From Squalus acanthias (lineage: Eukaryota), in NCBI GenBank assembly GCA_030390025.1, contig CM059445.1, forward strand, positions 58,900,001 to 58,964,000: a DNA stretch of 64,000 nt, read 5' to 3'. This document shows, one piece after another, positions 1-13,400 of this stretch (position 1 is its first letter; each line of letters starts with the position of its first letter). Both the position numbers and the translations under genes were made by a program. Under the pieces are notes generated by a model. The model ran no database searches. It worked only from the letters and a program-made list of their open reading frames with translations, and had not been told where the DNA came from.

Positions 1-195
1 TGTGTTATAGACTCCCCAGCCAGGGGAAACATCCTCCCTGCATCTACCCTGTCAAGCCCTGTAAGAATTTTATACGTTTCAATGAGATCACCTCTCATTC
101 TTCTAAACTCCAGAGAGTATAGGCCTAGTCTACTCAATCTCTCCTCAGAGGGCAACCGTCTCATCCCAGGGATCAATCTAGTGAACCTTCGTTGA
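1..195 (-). mobile_element. CR1 LINE fragment (continues beyond window start)
   Basis: Near-identical to CR1 ORF2 C-terminal sequence at 48620-48805. Confidence 0.8.
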
Positions 196-544
196 CATCT
201 GTTCTAAACCCTTTGTATTAGTCTCTGCCTTCTTTTTACTTGTATCCACCTTTGTCCTGTATTGTAACTTAATAGTGCTCCGGATTAAGCGTTCCTATTT
301 CCCTTTCTATCCTGTATCCATCTTGTGGCGTGCATTGGCAGTGCGAGGGTGGAGTTGGTGTGAAGTGATTTTGCTTCACTATGTCTCCAATTGCGGTGTA
401 ACTGAAAACCGTACCAGGGCACCCGAAGACAGCAGAGGCAGACTCCTTCGGAGGAGGGCTGTGGTCTAACTGTAAATTACTTCATTTGTCAGTTCCAAAG
501 TGATTTCCCCCGCTGAGTTTCAGGCTGTGTGCATTGGTCTGTGA

Positions 545-1075
545 ATAAGAACATCAGGAGCAGGAGTCGGCCAATCGGCCCTTCGAGCCTGCGTCGCCAT
601 TCAATAAGATCATGGCTGATCCAATCTTGGCTTCAACTCCACTTTCCCGCTCTCTCCCCAGACCCCTTGACTCCCTTGTAGTTCAAATGTCTGTCAATCC
701 CCGCCTTGAATATATTCAATGCCTCCGCCTTTGGTCTGCATGGTCTTTGGCTTCTCCAATCAGCCAAATGTGGCCACTCATTAATGACTAGCTGGCTTGG
801 TTCAGTGATGGAAGTTGAAGGGGGGTCAAAACAAGTCATCTGTTCAAAACTCCAAAGGATATTCCCTACCCCCCTTCTCTTCCGCAAACAGCAATTGATG
901 CTGGGGTCAATTGTTAATTTTAAATCTGAGATCGATAGCTTTTTGTTAACCAAAGGTATTACAGGATATGGGGCAAAGGCGGGTATATGGAGTTAGGTCA
1001 CAGATCAGCCATGATCTCATTGAATGGCGAAACAGGCTCGAGGGGCTAAGTGGTCTACTCCTGTCCTATGTTCCT
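545..1075. mobile_element. Two CR1 3' ends in divergent orientation (about 545-730 minus, 915-1075 plus)
   Basis: FKxEIDxFL..KGI.GYG..AG.WS C-termini with CR1 3' UTR hairpin. Confidence 0.75.
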
Positions 1076-1185
1076 AAGCTCCCCCGCTCCACCTGTAGGT
1101 TTACTGTTGCCTTCAATACTGAGGTCACACTCAATTTTGATGGACAGAATTCCCACATAGCAGATTCCTGAGGGGGATACGATAG

Positions 1186-1512
1186 AAAGAGGGAAGAACT
1201 TGCATTTCTCCAGCGCCTTTCACGACCTCAGGACGTCCCAAAGCGCTTCACAGCCAATGAAGTACTTTTGAAGTGTAGTCACTGTTGTAGTGTAGGGAAA
1301 CGTGGCAGCTAATTTGCGCACAGCAAGCTCCCACAAACAGCAATGCGATGATGACCAGATCATCTGTTTTTCAATGATGTTGGTTGAGGGATAAATATTG
1401 CCCAGGACAATTGGGGAGAACTCCCCTGCTCTTCTTCGAAATAGTGCCACGAGATCTTTTACGTCCACCTGAGAGAGCAGACGTGGCCTCGGTTTATCGT
1501 CTCATCCGAAGG
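1186..1512 (-). mobile_element. SacSINE1-like DeuSINE, 3' part
   Basis: Reverse complement of the Deu-domain and tail seen in 34105-34542. Confidence 0.8.
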
Positions 1513-1734
1513 GCCTTTAATGCACCAGTCTGGAGGTCTGTCTCACTGATTAAAACGTCAGGCTCGAACCTTCTCCAAATACTGAAAGTTTGCCATGACA
1601 CTTCTAGTTCTATTCTAATACATTTTTACATTGTTGGCTTGTGCTTTTTAAACAAACTTAAAAGGGAGGTTTTTCCAAACACATTTTGTTGCTTTTTCCA
1701 GTGAAGAGGCTGGCCCTTTTAAAAATGGGAGACT

Positions 1735-1820
1735 GGGAGGAAAGAACAACTGAAACTGCGTGCTTCACTTCTTTAGTGCGGTTTCCTGGTCCCAAGAGCC
1801 AATCAGGGAACACCACAATG
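1735..1820 (+). promoter_or_regulatory. Putative leukocyte-type promoter of the JAML-like gene (RUNX, ETS and CCAAT sites)
   Basis: Unique non-repeat DNA with TGCGGTT (RUNX, 1777-1783) overlapping TTCCTG (ETS, 1783-1788), GCCAATCA (1798-1805), ACCACA (RUNX, 1812-1817) and GAGGAA boxes, ending about 165 bp upstream of a good splice donor. Confidence 0.4.
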
Positions 1821-1983
1821 CTGTGACTAGCTACTTTGCAGATGGCAATTAACACTCCGAGGGAAAGAGTGCAGGCTGCTGCTCAGGAGGAAACCAAACC
1901 CAGGCTGGACGGATGAAGCGTTGGGTGTGACTGAATCCTAGCAGTTTAGCAGGAGCAGCTTCCGTGGAGTGGCCGATCAGCTC
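1820..1983 (+). other. JAML: Putative non-coding first exon (5' UTR) of the JAML-like gene; start approximate
   Basis: Donor CTC|gtaagt at 1983/1984; the next exon (4381) has a clear acceptor 3 nt before the ATG, so an upstream exon is required; in-frame TAG at 1939-1941 makes it non-coding. Confidence 0.5.
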
Positions 1984-2047
1984 GTAAGTTTTTCCCTGCT
2001 CTGTAACAGAAAAAAGGTGGGCGAAAAAACAAAATCAACTTTCAATC

Positions 2048-2365
2048 GGGCAACATGGTGGCATAGTGGTTAGCACTGTGCCTCACAGCGCCAGGGACCC
2101 GGGTTTGAATCCGGCCTCGGGTGACTGTGTGGAGTTTGCACATTCTCCCTGTGTCTGCGTGGGTTTCCTCCGGGTGCTCCGGTTTCCTCCCACAGTCCAA
2201 AGATGTGCGGGTTAGGTTGATTTAGCTATGATAAATTGACCCTTAGTGTTAGGGGGATTAAATACGTGGGGTTACGGGGATAGGGTGGGATATGTGTCGG
2301 TGCAGGCTCGATGGGTCGAAATGGCCTCTATCTGCATTGTAGGGATTCTGTGATTCTGTGATTTC
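2048..2365 (+). mobile_element. HE1-type V-SINE
   Basis: tRNA-like head (GGTGGCATAGTGGTTAGC..GGTTTGAATCC), V-domain GGGTTTCCTCCGGGTGCTCCGGTTTCCTCCCACAGTCCAAAGA, CR1-like tail with GATTCTGT repeats. Confidence 0.88.
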
Positions 2366-2489
2366 TGTTTTAATTGATTGGTTTTGTTTTAACATGTTGA
2401 AAACATCGCAGGGTTAAAATACAGTTCAATGCGGAAGAGGTCTGTTCAGGAGGAATGTTCCCGTGTGTTACGAGTTTTTCCTCTCACAC

Positions 2490-3362
2490 TAACAACGACT
2501 TGCTTTTATATAGCGCTTTTAACCTGGTAAAACCACAGAATCATAGAACAGTACAGAGCAGAAGGAGGCCATTCGGCCCATCGAGTCTGCGCCGGTTCTT
2601 TCGAAGAGCAATCCAGTTAGTCCCACTCCCCCGCTCTTTCCCCATATCCCTGCAATTTTTCTCCTTCAAGTATTTATCCAATTCCCTTTTGAAGGCGACT
2701 ATTGAATCTGTATCCACCGCCCTATCAGGCAGTGCATTCCAGATCCTAACCACTCGTTGCGTAAAAAGGTTTTTACTCGTGTCTGCTGGTTTGCTGATCA
2801 CCTTAAATCTGTGTCCTTTGGTTATTGACCTTTCAGCCATTGGAAACAGTTCCTCTTTGTTTACTCTATAGAGTCCCAAGGCTTCACAGGAGCGATTATC
2901 AGATACAATTTTGACACCGAGCCACATAAGGAGATATTAGGAAAGGTGACCAAACGCTTGGTCAAAGAGGTAGGTTTTAACAAGCATCTTAAAGGAGGAG
3001 AGAGAGGTGGAGAAATTTAGAGAGGGATTTCCAGAGCTTAGGGCCCAGGTAGCTGAATGCACAGCCGCCAATGTTGGAGCGATTAAAACCGGGGATGCAC
3101 AAGAGGCCAGAATTGGAGGAGCGCAGCGATCTGGAGAGTTGTAGGGCTGGAGGAGGTTACAGAGATAGGGCGAGGGCGAGGGATTTGAACACGAGGACGG
3201 TAATTTTAAATTTGATGCGTTGCCGGACCAGGAGCCAATATAGGCTAACAAACACAGGGGTGATGGGTGAATGGGACTCGGTGCGAGTTAGGACACGGGC
3301 AGCAGAGTTTTGGATGAGCTCAAGTTTACGGAGGGTGGAAGGTGGGAGGCCGGCCAGCCGAG
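2490..3362 (-). mobile_element. L2 LINE 3' fragment with a CR1 3' fragment (about 2534-2868) nested in its tail
   Basis: Minus-strand [22 protein letters not shown]...L.WL.VRQRIKFK L2 C-terminus; tail ending in (GTT)n. Confidence 0.85.
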
Positions 3363-3829
3363 TCTGGAAAACAACTGTTGGACAGAACAAGTCCTACAGT
3401 TCCAACAAGTGGACAAGAAGTTATCGCTACCTGGGGAATGTTAGGAGTGACTCTCACTGGGGTACGGGTTCCACAGGCTGCATTTGCCACCTCCCCAGTG
3501 CCTTGTCTAATTTGCCATTCTTCATGCTTGAGCCTCCAACAGCGTGTCGGCTGGCTATTCGACCTTGGGGGCGTTATGGGTGAGCCCAATCCACTTCCAA
3601 ACTCGCACACTGTCCAGCAGGGGTCACAGTGAATAGAGGGAGGAACCTTGGCTGAATTTGTCCATGGAGTTTGTAGGCCCCCTTACCAGCACCTCCGTTG
3701 GGACCAGCTAATCCAGTCTGAAACAAGGGTTGAACCTGTCAGTGGACGGAGTCCCACACAGTCCGACACTGGGTTACGCATTAACCTCATCAACCATTGG
3801 GGAATCCAATCTGCAATCTTTAATTTCAC

Positions 3830-4345
3830 TACGTAAACCTGAGCTCACCCGAATGTCTGCTGCCCCGTGTCCTAACTCGCACCAAGTCCCGTTCACCCAT
3901 CACGCCCTGTGCTCGCTGACCTACATTGGCTCCCGGTCCGGCAATGCCTCGATTTTAAAATTCTCATCCTTGTTTTCAAATCCATCCATTGCTTCGCCTC
4001 TCCCTATCTCTGTGACCTCCTGCAGCCATACAACTATCTGAGATCTCCGCGCTCCTCCATCTCTAACCTCTTGTGCAGCCCCGATTTCCTTCGCTCCACC
4101 ATTGGCTGCCGTGCCTTCAGCTGCCTGGGCCCTAAGCTCTGGATTTCCCTCACTAAACCTCTCCGCCTCTCTCTCCTCCTTTAAGTCACTCCTTAAAACC
4201 TACCTTTTTGACCAAGCTTTTGCTCATCTGCCCTAATATCTCCTGATGTGGCTCGGTGTCAAATTTTGTCTGATTTACTCTCCTGTGAAGCGCCTTGGGA
4301 CGTTTTACTGTGTTAAAGGCGCTATATAAATGCAAATTGTTGCTA
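3830..4345 (+). mobile_element. L2 LINE 3' fragment
   Basis: [17 protein letters not shown]...[13 protein letters not shown]; tail AAAGGCGCTATATAAATGCAA. Confidence 0.85.
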
Positions 4346-4383
4346 TTGCTGACTGTAATATCCTGCGTTTCTCTCCATAGGTG

Positions 4384-4435
4384 ATGAACGGTGGGATGGG
4401 TCTGCTCTTGCTCCTGCCAGCTCTCATATTCTACG
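4384..4435 (+). CDS. JAML: JAML-like signal peptide exon (MNGGMGLLLLLPALIFY)
   Basis: Acceptor tttctctccatag| at 4380, ATG 4384, hydrophobic leader, phase-1 donor G|gtaagt. Confidence 0.8.
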
Positions 4436-7400
4436 GTAAGTGCTTCGTTTATTGAGAATAGAGATGGTGGAACAATGCATTATTGTGTGGAAGGGCTTTG
4501 AGTCTCAACTGTGATCGGGGAGGGGGGGGGCGGGGGGAAAGGGTTGCCAACTCTCGTTGGATGTATTCCTGGAGATTTCATCACATGACCTCCCACCTCT
4601 AACCGCTCCGCCCCCACACTCGCGCCATTGGTCCATCCTCAGAGTGCCCCGCCTTACCCGATTGGATGATGCCTGACGGTCAGTCAAACAGCGATTTTTT
4701 CCCCCGCCTCCCCCATCTCCAATATTTTTATAAATAAAAGCGATTACAGAAAATTAAAAAAAAAACAATTTCTTTTAATGCCCCCTATGATTTTTCTCCT
4801 GGGTTTTTGCTCACAGCAGTGTCCTGGAGATGAATCTTCAATTCCTGCAGACTCCAGGGCAATCAGGAAGATGGACAAACACAATCGGGGGAGAGAGACG
4901 GCTCTGAACAACTGTTAATGACAACCACTAACTTACAGCTCACTTCTCTGTAAACAGTTCATTGCAAGTGTTAACTTTAAACCCTCAGAGAAAAGTTTAT
5001 TAAGAACATAAGAAATAGGAGCAGGAGTCGGCCATATGGCCCCTCGAGCCTGCTCCGCCATTCAATAAGATCGTGGCTGATCTTCGACCTCAACTCCACC
5101 TTCCCGCCCGATCCCCATATCCCTTAATTCCCCTAGAGCCCAAAAATCTATCGATCTCAGTCTTGAATATACTCAACGACTGAGCCTCCACAGCCCTCTG
5201 GGGTAGAGAATTCCAAAGATTCACCACCCTCTGAGTGAAGAAATTCCTCCTCATCTCAGTCTTCAATGGCCGACCCCTTATCCTGAGGCAATGCCCCCTA
5301 GTTCTAGACTCTCCAGTCAGGGGAAACAACCTCTCAGCATCTATTGAGCTACAGCAAGAGGTTTCCAGACAATTCAGTTTTGCGACGGACTGCCTACCTG
5401 ACCTGGGCACAGGGAATGATCCCAGGTAAGTCCGAGGCCTGGGGTCTGAGGCCCGATCGAAATGAAACCGGCGAGCTGTGGACTACTGCTGTGTGTCCCC
5501 AGACAGCTCGTCAGTGAGGCGGGGATCAGTTTCAGGCCACCGCGACACTGGCAGTGAACCCCGGGTAGGTCCTGGGAGAGGAGGGGAAGGCCAGCATGGG
5601 GAGGGATGGGGCAAACAGGAAGGGGGTGGCGCTCGAGAGAGAGAGGGGGAGCTGATCAGGAGAGGGAGGGGGAGTCGATCGGGAGAGGGGAGGGGATTGA
5701 GAGAGGGGGGGTCGATCGGGAAGGGGAGGGGATTGAGAGAGGGGGGGTCGATCGGGAAGGGGAGGGGATTGAGAGAGGGGAGGTCGATCGGGAGAGGGGA
5801 GGGGATTGAGAGAGGGGGGGTCGATTGGGAAGGGGAGGGGATTGAGAGAGGGGGGGTCGATCGGGAGAGGGGAGGGGATTGAGAGAGGGGGGGTCGATTG
5901 GGAAGGGGAGGGGATTGAGAGAGGGGGGGTCGATTGAGAGAGGGGAGGGGATTGAGAGAGGGGGGGTCGATCAGGAGAGGGGAGGGGATTGAGAGAGGGG
6001 GGGTCGATTGGGAAGGGGAGGGGATTGAGAGAGGGGGGGTCGATTGAGAGAGGGGAGGGGATTGAGAGAGGGGGGGTCGATCAGGAAGGGGAGGGGATTG
6101 AGAGAGGGGGGGTCGATTGGGAAGGGGAGGGGATTGAGAGAGGGGGGGTCGATCGGGAGAGGGGAGGGGATTGAGAGAGGGGGGGTCGATCGGGAAGGGG
6201 AGGGGATTGAGAGAGGGGGGGGTCGATCGGGAGAGGGGAGGGGATTGAGAGAGGGGGGGGTCGATTGGGAAGGGGAGGGGATTGAGAGAGGGGGGGTCGA
6301 TTGAGAGAGGGGAGGGGATTGAGAGAGGGGGGGTCGATCGGGAAGGGGAGGGGATTGAGAGAGGGGGGGTCGATCGGGAGAGGGGAGGGGATTGAGAGAG
6401 GGGGGGTCGATTGGGAAGGGGAGGGGATTGAGAGAGGGGGGGTCGATTGAGAGAGGGGAGGGGATTGAGAGAGGGGGGAGCCAATCGGGAAAGGGGAGGG
6501 GATTGAGAGAGTGGGGGGAATTGAGAGAGGGGGGAGTCGATTGGGTAGGAGAGGGGAGGGGATTGAGAGAGGGGGAGTCGATCGGGAGAGGGGAGGGGAT
6601 TGAGAGAGGGGGGGTCGATCGGGAGAGGGGAGGGGATTGAGAGAGGGGGAGTCGATCGGGAAGGGGGGAACAGGAGGGGAGGAGGGGAACAGGAGGGGGG
6701 GAGGGGATCAGGAGGGGGGGAGGGGAACAGGAGGGGGGAGGGGAACAGGAGGGGGGAGGGGAACAGGAGAGGGGGAGGGGAACAGGAGGGGGGAGGGGAA
6801 CAGGAGAGGGGGAGGGGAACAGGAGGGGGGGAGGGGAACAGGAGGGGGGGAGGGGATCAGGAGGGGGGGAGGGGAACAGGAGGGGGGGAGGGGATCAGGA
6901 GGGGGGGAGGGGAACAGGAGGGGGGGAGGGGAACAGGAGGGGGGGAGGGGAACAGGAGGGGGGAGGGGAACAGGAGGGGGGGAGGGGATCAGGAGGGGGG
7001 GAGGGGAACAGGAGGGGGGGAGGGGATCAGGAGGGGGGGACGGGATACTTCAGCAGACATTAGACCCCTAACTAAAGGGGCCGACACCTGCTTTAGGCGT
7101 CTGCCCAGACATCTAAAACAATGGGTGCCACGAGTTTAGCAGTGGGACAAATGCCTGGACAGATTGGGCTAAACTGGTCACCGGTTTAATGCCTGGAAGC
7201 AGTGGGAGAAATAGGTTGCCTTGCGGCTGTTAGGCTCGGAAGAGAGGGAAGAATGAGAAGAATGGAAGCACCCTACCCGGTGTGGTACGGAGCCACACAG
7301 ACCAGGAAAGTCCCAGCGTCCATTCACGGGTCTGTGCCGACCACAGCCTAGGCAGAAGTAAAAGAACAGAGGAAAGAAAGAACCTGCATTTCTCCAGCAC

Positions 7401-10400
7401 CTTTCATGACCTCAGGATGTCCCAAAGCGCATGACAGCCAATGAAGTACTTTTTTGAAGTGTAGTCACTGTTGTAATGTAGGAAACACGGCAGCCAATTT
7501 GCGCACAGCAAGCTCCCACAAACAGCAGTGTGATAAATGACCAGATAATCTGATTTTTTAATGATGTTGATTGAGGGATAAATATTGGCCAGGATACCGG
7601 GGAGAACTCCCCCTGCTCTTCTTAGAAATAATGCCATGGGATCTTTTACATCCACCCCAGAGGGCAGACGGCGCCTCAGTTTAACGCCTATGATTCTATT
7701 TAAAAAAATTTGCAGGGCTACGGGGAAAGGGCGGGGGAGTGGGACTAGCTGAAGTGCTCTTGCTGAGAGCTAGCACAGGCTCGACAGGCCGAATGGCCTC
7801 CTTCTGTGCTGTAACCATGCTATCTCATCTGAAAGACAGCACCTCTGACAGTGCAGCACTCCGTCAGCACTGCACTGGGAGTGTTAGACTGGATTTTTGT
7901 GCTCAAGTGTCTGGAGTGGGGCTCGAACCCACAACCTCCTGACACGGAGGCGAGAGAGCTACCCACTGAGCTCTCCCCTGTTCCCTATTCTCACGTTCCT
8001 TTATTCCCCTATCCTGCAACCACCTATCTAACCTATTTTTAAATGTTGGCATGGTCTCAGCTTTAATCACGAACTCTGGCCGTGAATTCCACAGCCTCAC
8101 AACTCTTGTGTAAAAAATACATTTCTCCTGCTCTCTGGCCCAAATCTCTATTATTTAATCTTACATCCATGTCCCCTCATTCTAGACCCCTCAACCACTG
8201 GAAACACTCTCGGGGCAATTTTAACCTAACCCGTCCTTTGGGTAACTGGCCCGATCGGGAGCAACACTGGTTTCACACCTCGCCCGATTTTAATTTCCAT
8301 TAAAGTCAACAGAGAGCGAGATATAAAACTGGCGTTCCACCCGATCCCGTGGGATTCTCGCCCAGCGAATAAAATTAAAATGACTCCTTCAGTTTCTATC
8401 CACTCTGACCCTTCCATTCATAGCTTTAAATATCTCTATCAAATCACATTGTACATAAGAACATAAGAATCAGGAGCAGGAGTCGGCCATTCGGCCCCTC
8501 GAGCCTGCTCCGCCATTCAATAAGATCATGGTTGGTCTTCGATCTCAACTCCACTTTCCTGCCGGATCCCCATATCCCTTGATTCCCTTGGAGTCTAAAA
8601 ATCTATCGATCTCAGCCTTGAATATATTCAATGACTCAGCATCCACAGCCCTCTGGGGTAGAGAATTTCAAAGATTCACAACCCTCTGAGTGAAGAAATT
8701 CCTCCGCATCTCAGTCTTAAATGGACACCCCTTATCCTGAGACTATGACCCCTAGTTCTAGACTCTCCAGCCAGGGGAAACAGCCTCTCAGCATCTACCT
8801 GGTCAAGCCTCTAGTAATTTATATGTTTCAATGAAATCACCTCTCATTCTTCTAAACTCCAGAGAATAGAGTCCCAATCTACTCAGTCTCTCCTCATATG
8901 ACAACCCTCTCATCTATGTTCAACAAAACAAATGCATAAGCGCTTGGATGGAAGGTGTTTAAGGCAGCAGTTTGGTTTCAGGATTCATATCCCTTGCACA
9001 AATCGCTCAAGTTCCGTTCAGGTGGCGGGCGATCCGACCCCAGCTGTACTGAGACTCTGACGGAGCGCCCCTCAGACCAGACGCAAAGGTGAGCCGCAAC
9101 AGTAACTTCCCGTAAAGAGGAAGTCGCTTCAACACCTCCCTCCCCTTCCCCATCGCCCCTACCGCACCACCAACCACCCACAGTTTCCCTCTTTCCAGGT
9201 GCCTGACTTCTACCCACAGCCGCTTTCTTGCTGCAAAGCAACTTAACCCTTCATAAGGCACCTTAGTTCAGGCCAATGCTCCGATGCAGTACTGAGGGAG
9301 GGCGACCTTGACATAGGTGCCAAGTTCCACACGAGACACTAAACCAAGAACCCCCCGTGGGTGGATAATGGTGGCTTTAGGTAATATTTTCCAACTCGGA
9401 CTCTTTGAAGGAGCCCTTGTTTGCAAAATGAACCTACAGCCTGGTGCTGGAAGATCTGCAGCTAGCTTTAGTTTATATCTGCAGAGGTTTTCTGAACAAT
9501 CTTGTTTCAATTGTTCCAGTATTCGAGGCATGGACAACATCAACTGGATTTCATTCAATAAATGTGTAAATGAAAGCTAGCGCGGATTTGTTAAAGGCAA
9601 ATCGTGTTTGACTAACTTGATTGAGTTCTTTGAAGAAGTAACGGAGAAGGTTGATGAGGGTAGTGTAGTTGATGTTGTGTATATGGACTTTAAAAGGTGT
9701 TTGATAAAGTATCACATAATAGACTTGTTAGCAAAACTGAAGCCCATGGGATTAAAAGGACAGTGGCTGCGTGGATATGAAATTGGCTAAGGGACCGAAA
9801 GCAGAGAGTAGTGGTTAGTGATTGTTTTTCAGACTGAGGGAAGTATACAGTGGTGTCCACCAGGGGTTGATGTTGGGACCGCTGCTCTTTTTGATATATA
9901 TTAATGACCAGGACTTGAGTTTACATACATGGCATAATTTCAAAGTTTGCAGATGACACGAAACTTTGAAATGTAGCAAACAGTGAGGAGGATAGTAACA
10001 GACTCCAGGAGGACATAGACAGACTGGTGAAATGGGCAGACACAGGGCAGATGAAATTTAACGCAGAGAAGGGTGCGGTGATTCATTTTGGTAGGACGAA
10101 TGAAGAGAGGCAATATAAAATAAATGGTACAATTTTAACAGAGGTGCAGGAACAGATAGACCCGGAGGTGTATGTAAACACGTCTTTGAAGGTGGCAGGA
10201 CAATTTCAGAAGGCTGTTAAAAAGCACGTGGAATCCTTGGCTTTATAAATAGAGGCATAGAGTACAAAAGGAAGGAAGTTATGCTAAACCTTTATAAAAC
10301 ACTGGAGTATTGTGGCCAGCTCTGGACACCACATTTTAGGAAGAATGTTAAGGTCTTGGAGAGGGTGCAGAGGAGACTTACTAGAATGGGACCAGGGATA

Positions 10401-13400
10401 AAAGAATTCAATTATATAGAGAGACTAGAGAAACTGAGGTTGTTCTCCTTAGAGCAGAGAAGGTTAAGGGGAGATTTGATAGAGCTGTTCAAAATCATGA
10501 AGGGTTTCGATAGAGTAAATAAGGAGAAACTGTTTCCAGTGGCAGGAGGGTCGGTAACCAGAGGACACAGATTGAAGGTGATTGGCAAAAGAACCAGAGG
10601 CGACATGAGGGAAAAGCAGTTTATGCAGCGAGTTGTTGCGATCTGGAATGCACTGCCTGAAAGGGCGGTGGAAGCAGATTCAATATTCAAAAAGAAATTG
10701 GAGAAATACTTGAAGAAGGAAACTTTGCAAGGCCATGCGGAAAGAGCAGGGGAGTGGGGCAAATTGGATAGAATCTGTCAAAGAGGCACGATGGGCCAAA
10801 CGGCCTCCTTCTATGCTGTATTATTCCATGATTCAATGTGTCAAGGAACGGTCAGGCACCTGGTGTTGTAAACTAAATTGAGAGGTCGCACAACACCAGG
10901 TTATAGTCCAACAGTTTTATTTGAAATCACAAGCTTTCGGAACTATCGCTCCTTCCTCAGGTGAAGTAAATTGGATACAGAATCGTCAGAGCATATATAG
11001 ATGGAAAAAAAAGCATGTGTACTTTACAATTGCAGACCAATAAATTAAATCATCCTGACTATCTGCCGAGGTGTGATAAAGTTAATTAAGTCAGCCAGGA
11101 AGGTACCACATCAAAAGACATAGCAAGATACAACTGAGACAATGAGGTGAAGTCGCAGGGGTTCTAACGTGTCAAAAGCTGCCGTCTGTATGTAAAACGA
11201 AAAGCTTTAAAAAAAAAAAATATTTACTTTTTTACTGGGAAAATTTTTACTTTTTTACTGGGAATCACATCTGTGAACAAGCTAACGACGACTCGAGTCC
11301 GGATCACGTCATGTATCGTGACATAAACCCAAGATCCCGATTGAGACCGTCTTCATGAGTGCAGAACTTGGCTATCATTTCTGCTCGATGATTTTGCGTT
11401 GTCGTGTGTTTCTAAGGTTGCCTTGGAGAACGCTTACCCGCAGATCCGAGGCTGAATGTCCTTGACTGCTGAAGTGTTCCCCGACTGGGAGGTAACAATC
11501 CTGCCTGGCGATTGTTGCGCGGTGCTCGTTCATACGTTGTCTCAGTGTCTGCATGGTCTCGCCGATGTACCATGCCGCGGTGCATTCTTTCCTGCAACGT
11601 ATGAGGTAGACAACGTTGGCCGAGTCACATGAGTATGTACCATGTACCTGGTGGGTAGTGTCCTCACGTGTGATGGTGGTATCTGTGTTGATGATCTGGC
11701 ATGTCTTGCAGAGTTTGCCATGGCAGGGTTGTGTGGTGTCGTGGTCGCTGTTATCCTGAAAGCTGGGTAATTTGCTGCGAACGATGGTACTTCTGAGGTT
11801 AGGCGGCTGTTTGAAGGCAAGTAGTGGAGGCGTGGGGATGGCCTTAGCGAGGTGTTTGTCGTCATCGATGACATGTTGAAGGCTGCGAAGAACATGTCGT
11901 AGTTTCTCCGCTCCGGGGAAGTACTGGACGACGTAGGGTACCCTGTTGGTTGTGTCCCGTGTTTGCCTTCTGAGGAGGTCTATGCGATTTTTCGCTGTGG
12001 CCCGTCGGAACTGTCGATCGATGAGTCGAGCGTCATATCCCGTTCTTACGAGGGCGTTTTTCAGCGTCCGTAGGTGTCCATCGCGTTCCTCCTCGTCTGA
12101 GCAGATCCTGTGTATTCGCAGGGCTTGTCCATAGGGGATGGCTTCTTTAACATGGTTAGGGTGGAAGCTGGAGAAGTGGAGCATCGTGAGGTTGTCCGTG
12201 GGCTTGCGGTAGAGTGAAGTGCTGAGGTGTCCGTCTTTGATGGAGATTCGTGTGTCCAGGAATGAGACCGATTCTGAGGAGTAGTCCATGGTGAGTTTGA
12301 TGGTGGGATGGAACTTGTTTATGTTATCGTATGTAAACTAAGCCATACAGATCAGGGGAGTGCAGTTCAATCTCCTGTCTGGGAGAGAGCTGTTACCCAC
12401 TGGGGTAGCAAGGGCACTCCAGCTGCACCCAGTGCCCCTAGGCTAGGGAAGGGAATATCAGCCAATGGTCTCTTTCCAGATCACCGTCTAGTGCCCGCTG
12501 CTGGAAGCTGCATGTGGGTGGTTATTGAGGCCAGCGGTGATTCCATCATCATTGCACAAAAGATCCTGGCCTGCAACGAATATTAGTGGGCAATAACAGA
12601 GCTCAGTCTGTGCTGAGAAACCTGACATCGCTTCAAGGGGGGTTTATATATAGAATAGCAGATACCCGGGAGTGAGTTACAGGCTGGAATCTAATCGAGG
12701 GGTTCGGGGGGGTTGATATATAGAATAACAAATACCCGGGAGTGAGTTACAGGCTGGAATCTAATTGAGGGGTTCAGGGGGTTTATATATAGAATAACGG
12801 ATACCTGGGAGTGAGTTACAGGCTGGAATCTAATCGAGGGGTTCGGGGGGGGTGGGCTTATATATAGAATAACGAATACCCGGGAGTGAGTTACAGGCTG
12901 GAATCTAATCGAGGGGTTCAGGGGTTTTATATATAGAATAACGAATACCCGGGAGTGAGTTACAGGCTGGAATCTAATCGAGGAGTTCGGGGGGGTTATA
13001 TATAGAATAACAGATACCCGGGAGTGAGTTACAGGCTGGAAGCTAATCGAGGGGTTCGGGGGGGGTTATATATAGAATAGCAGATACCCGGGAGTGAGTT
13101 ACAGGCTGGAATCTAATCGAGGGGTTCGGGGGGGTTTTATATATAGAATGACAGGTACCCGGGAGTGAGTTACAAGCTGGGATCTAATCGAGGGGTTCGG
13201 GGGGGGTTATTTATAGAATAACAGATACCTGGGAGTGAGTTACAGGCTGGAATCTAATCGAGGGGTTCGGGGGGGGTTATATATAGAATAACAGATACCC
13301 GGGAGTGAGTTACAGGCTGGAATCTAATCGAGCGGTTCGGGGGGGTTATATATAGAATGACAGGTACCCGGGAGTGAGTTACAAGCTGGGATCTAATCGA

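Noticed and set aside
2048-2120. tRNA-like sequences with A and B boxes (also heads at 34105, 55610 and 26100-26193)
   Set aside because: They are SINE heads continuing into SINE bodies; no complete cloverleaf.
5415-5430. Strong donor CAG|gtaagt in the JAML-like intron
   Set aside because: No convincing upstream acceptor or compatible coding frame; lies beside repeat-derived sequence.
5478-7139. Long Pro/Ser- or Gly/Glu/Arg-rich ORFs (up to 333 aa)
   Set aside because: Translations of G/A minisatellites that lack stops in several frames; no splice or domain evidence.
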